Below, in pieces: positions 60,670-64,000 of a DNA stretch of 64,000 nucleotides. The DNA lies in contig NC_058368.1 of NCBI RefSeq assembly GCF_018350175.1, positions 176,640,001 to 176,704,000 of the forward strand, in the 5' to 3' direction. Position 1 is the stretch's first letter. Each line of letters starts with the position of its first letter. A model generated the notes under the pieces. The model searched no databases, was not told where the DNA came from, and saw only the letters and a list, made by a program, of their open reading frames with translations. The position numbers and the translations under genes are program-made. The stretch comes from Felis catus. Lineage: Eukaryota.

Positions 60670-61189
60670 TCTTACAGGAAGGGGAGGGCAGGCTACATGG
60701 CAGGGCTGCTCCCAAGAGAAGACTTGGAATGGGAAATCTGGAGACATTGCCCAGCAGGCGGTGAGGAGAGAGCCCAGGGATTTCTGGGAAGGGGCCTGAG
60801 CAGGATGGCAGAGGGCCAGACGTGATTCTACCCTACCACCCCTCAAGTCTACTATGCAGTTCAGAATCCTGAGCGAGACTGGCTATACTGTGGAAAATGG
60901 TAACAGGCCAAACCAGAATGGTAGGCTCAGTGCAGGAACAGGGACTTGGGGACCAGTAGACCTCAGCTGGGAGCTGGCTCCAAATTCACAAGGGCTGTGG
61001 ACGTGAGGTTCTGGGCCCATGAAGTAGTGGGGCTGCTGACAGAGAGTCTGAATAACTCACTGGGCCTTTAATGACGCTGTGCCGCACAGTTCCTTAGCTG
61101 TCGTGTGTGAATGGTGTACCCACCTGAAACAGGGCCGTCTGGAGTTTGTCAGGGATTGGTGCCCACAATAGATCTCTGACTAATAAACA

Positions 61190-61640
61190 TGACTAACACT
61201 TGCTGAGATTGTAACTATATGCCAGGCACTGCTCAGGGGCCTTTACATGTTACCTCACCCTCAAAACAACCCTGTGACGTTGTGACCATTCCCACGTTAC
61301 AGATGGGGAAACTGAGGCACAGAGCAGTAAAGCAGGTCACCCAGAACAGGCTCAGTCAGTCTGGCTCCAGAGCCTGTGGGTTTAACCACCCCCACTATTC
61401 CGCCTCTGAGGGGGTACAGGTAGGGCCACTGGAACCCGCAGCAAGAGTGACAACATTCGTGACCACTCTTTTGAACGGTCTCTTTAATGTGGACACCGGC
61501 CATTAGTCCAAGGCCCTACCTGTGCGAATATGATAGGAGCTTTCTACACACTATCTTTATTTCTGCAGCAGCCGTGTGAGACGAGCGCTAGTGTTCCTAC
61601 TCCCATTTTACAGATGCGGAAACTGAGGCCTGATTTCTTG
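61190..61640 (-). mobile_element. Two MIR SINEs
   Basis: 'ttacagatggggaaactgaggcacagag'; 'cccattttacagatgcggaaactgaggcc'. Confidence 0.85.
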
Positions 61641-61779
61641 TCCCCGCCTTTGTGCTAAAGCTGTGGCCCTTTGATTCCCGCGTTGCGGTTGCTCATGCAT
61701 CTGTCGTGCCACCTAACGGTAGGGCCAGACCTGCCCTCCTCTCACCTCAGCGTCCCGCAGCCGGTGGGTGACGACACAG

Positions 61780-62270
61780 CATGTCTCATCACTTTTTTTT
61801 GGCTGCCCAGCATCCGAGCCGCCTTCCTGGGTTTGGGGAAATGGCCACTGTGTTAGTCCTGAGGGGCCCTGCCTCTCTTTGCAGAGGACAAAAGACCCAG
61901 ACGGGTGTTCTCCCAACCCCTGTGGTTCTGCCAGCCTGTCAGATGACCCCATCTGGGACACAAGTCTGGGTGGGGGACGGAGAGAAGCAGAAGTCCTTCA
62001 GATTTCATTTCACCACCAAGGCGGTGGCGTCTGGGATCTTGAGTGCTGGGTGGCAGTGGCACAGGGTTGAGACGACATGACAGCCGGGGCGGCAGCCTCA
62101 TTATGCCCAGAACACGCCCTTGGCACGACCCATCTGTGCTCCTGCCCCAGCAGCCTCCCTTTCAAGCCCGTCTGCGAGCTTCTACCCAGCACCCGTGCAG
62201 GAAACCCCTTTTCCTGATTAAGGAAGCCAAGATTAATTTCTGTCAATTGCAGCTAAGAATTCTAGTATGG
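61780..62270 (+). mobile_element. LTR33-like ERVL solo LTR
   Basis: start 'tttttggctgcccagcatccgagccgccttcctgggtttggggaa'; end 'ccttttcctgattaaggaagccaagattaatttctgtcaattgcagctaagaa'. Confidence 0.7.
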
Positions 62271-62549
62271 ACCAGGGGTCGACAAAATAAAGAGGGAAGG
62301 ACAGAAGCATAGGGCATCACCCTCACCCCGCAAGAATCACTAGGTCAAGTAAAACATCCCCAGCCAGTCCCCACGTTTGCCACTCGAAGCGTCACGAAGT
62401 GGCCTGCAGATGGTCTAGCTGGAAGGACTCACTAGTCCAAACTCCCTGACCAGCTGCAGATGCGGCCAAAGCAGATGCAGGAGAGGAGTGGATCAGGCCA
62501 TCTATGGAGAACCGAGCTGAAGCCACTGCTGGAGAATCCAGTCTCTGCT

Positions 62550-62790
62550 GGGGTGCCTGGGGTGGCTCAGTCGGTTGAGCGTCCGACTTCGGCTCAGGTC
62601 ATGACCTGACAGCTCGTGAGTTTGAGCCCCGCATCAGGCTCCGTGCTGACAGCTCGGAACCTGGAGCCTGCTCCGGATCTGTGCCTCCCTCTCTCTCTCT
62701 GCCCCTCCCCCACGCACATTCTGTCTCTCTCTCTCTCTCAAAAATAAAAAGAAAAAAACATTACAAATTTTTTTAAATAAAAAAAATTAA
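62550..62790 (+). mobile_element. Can-SINE (SINEC_Fc type)
   Basis: ggggtgcctggggtggctcagtcgg head; TSD core aatccagt on both sides. Confidence 0.95.
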
Positions 62791-63309
62791 GAAAATCCAG
62801 TTCCGACCAAACCCCCCCTCCAAGTCGACCTCATTATAGAAATAACCTGAGATCCCTTCATCCTAATGGCTCCCTCAGCTCAGGTGTTATGGGTGCCACT
62901 TCATTCGATCCACTTAAGAGGATTACCCTCAACACCTTCGGTTCCGTGGCCTGTGGATTCCATGGCTCCAAGCTTGCAGTGGGTCGGCCAGCTGGGGATA
63001 AGGGCCATGTGATACTGAATATGGGCGCCCCGGCCCTGAGGACAGGCCGAGAAGGTCCCCAGCACTGGCACACTGGGGCCAGACAGTACAGGCCAAGATG
63101 GCAAGGAGGGCCCTCTTCTCTCCTCCCTTGTTCCCCCGTCATCACCCCCGCTCCTTGGAACCTTGTCTGCCCTTGGCAAAGAGCCGTCGAGGAAGCCTCA
63201 AATTGTGGGTGGTTGCTAAGGCTCACCCTGGCGTCAGAAGTTCCCCTTCTTGCTGCCCTGGTTGCTCATTATCATGGGCAGGGCCTTGACTCATCCAGAT
63301 ATAGAATCT

Positions 63310-64000
63310 ACCCAAAGCCTCCTTGTATTTCGGGGGGAAGAACTCTCTCCACGTGGACAACAGGCTGAGTAGGGTCTCCCGCTGGAAGGAGAGTGACGCC
63401 CTGTTTTGTTTCATAGTGTAGACACCCAGGTATACCTCCCTACATAAAATTGTTCGTTTTGCCTGCTTCTGCATATTTTTATAAATGGAATCATACCGCA
63501 TGTATATTCATTCGTGTCTTTCTCCCTCCCTTTGCTCAGTATTATGTTTTTAAGAGCCATCCAAATGGTTGTGGGTATTTATAGTTTGTTCACTTGAATA
63601 TGCCACAATTTACCCGTTCTACTCTCAGTGGATATGTGGGTGGTTTCAGACTGGCGTGGTACAAAGGGTGATCCTGCAAACATTTGTGCATCCTGAAAGG
63701 CTATTTGATAGGAATTTAATATAGCTACATCACTTTTCTCTCAGTCAGTACTGCACTTTTTCCATATTTTTATTTTCTGCCATTCTGTATCCTCATGCGC
63801 TAGGTGCGATCCTTATAAATAGCATAGATTTTGTATTTGCCCTCCAGTCTGTTTTAATCTTTTAAGACAATTATCTAGTCCATTTGCATTTAACATGATT
63901 ACTGATCATTTTTTATCTGTCTATACGGTTTTCCTTTTATGTATTGACTTCTTTGGAAGCATTTTTTTTTTCTCTTCTATTTTGGAAGTCCTGTACTTTT
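63310..64000 (-). mobile_element. Old L1 (L1ME-like) antisense fragments
   Basis: 'ataaatggaatcataccgcatgtat...gctcagtattatgtttttaagagccatcca', 'tgccacaattta', 'tagtccatttgcatttaa'. Confidence 0.75.

Noticed and set aside
1..64000. CRISPR array, operon, defence system or other novel multi-gene system
   Set aside because: The sequence is felid non-coding DNA; there are no regularly spaced repeats and no gene-dense segments.

Overview
This is mammalian, specifically felid (cat-family), nuclear DNA. The assignment rests on about 22 tRNA-Lys-derived carnivore SINEs (Can-SINEs) of the felid SINEC_Fc type, five of which are young, near-identical copies with intact target-site duplications (TSDs). 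I find no credible protein-coding exon, RNA gene, CRISPR array or prokaryotic system. The ORF track is explained by GC-richness and translated repeats. The window reads as GC-rich intergenic or intronic sequence with many ancient interspersed repeats: over 30 MIR fragments, L2, fragmented L1M, about 10 solo LTRs (MLT1, LTR33, MER74-like) and DNA transposon fossils (MER82, MER20, MER5A, MER45-like). Repeat-free islands between them may be regulatory. The most notable structures are a probable 5'-inverted (twin-primed) L1 with junction microhomology, nested insertions, closely spaced inverted young SINE pairs, a composite SINE inside one TSD, and several CpG- or motif-rich candidate enhancers. 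Repeat family names come from my recall of consensus sequences, not from a RepeatMasker run. Boundaries of old repeats are approximate (tens of bp). I cannot support a claim of a new biological system here.
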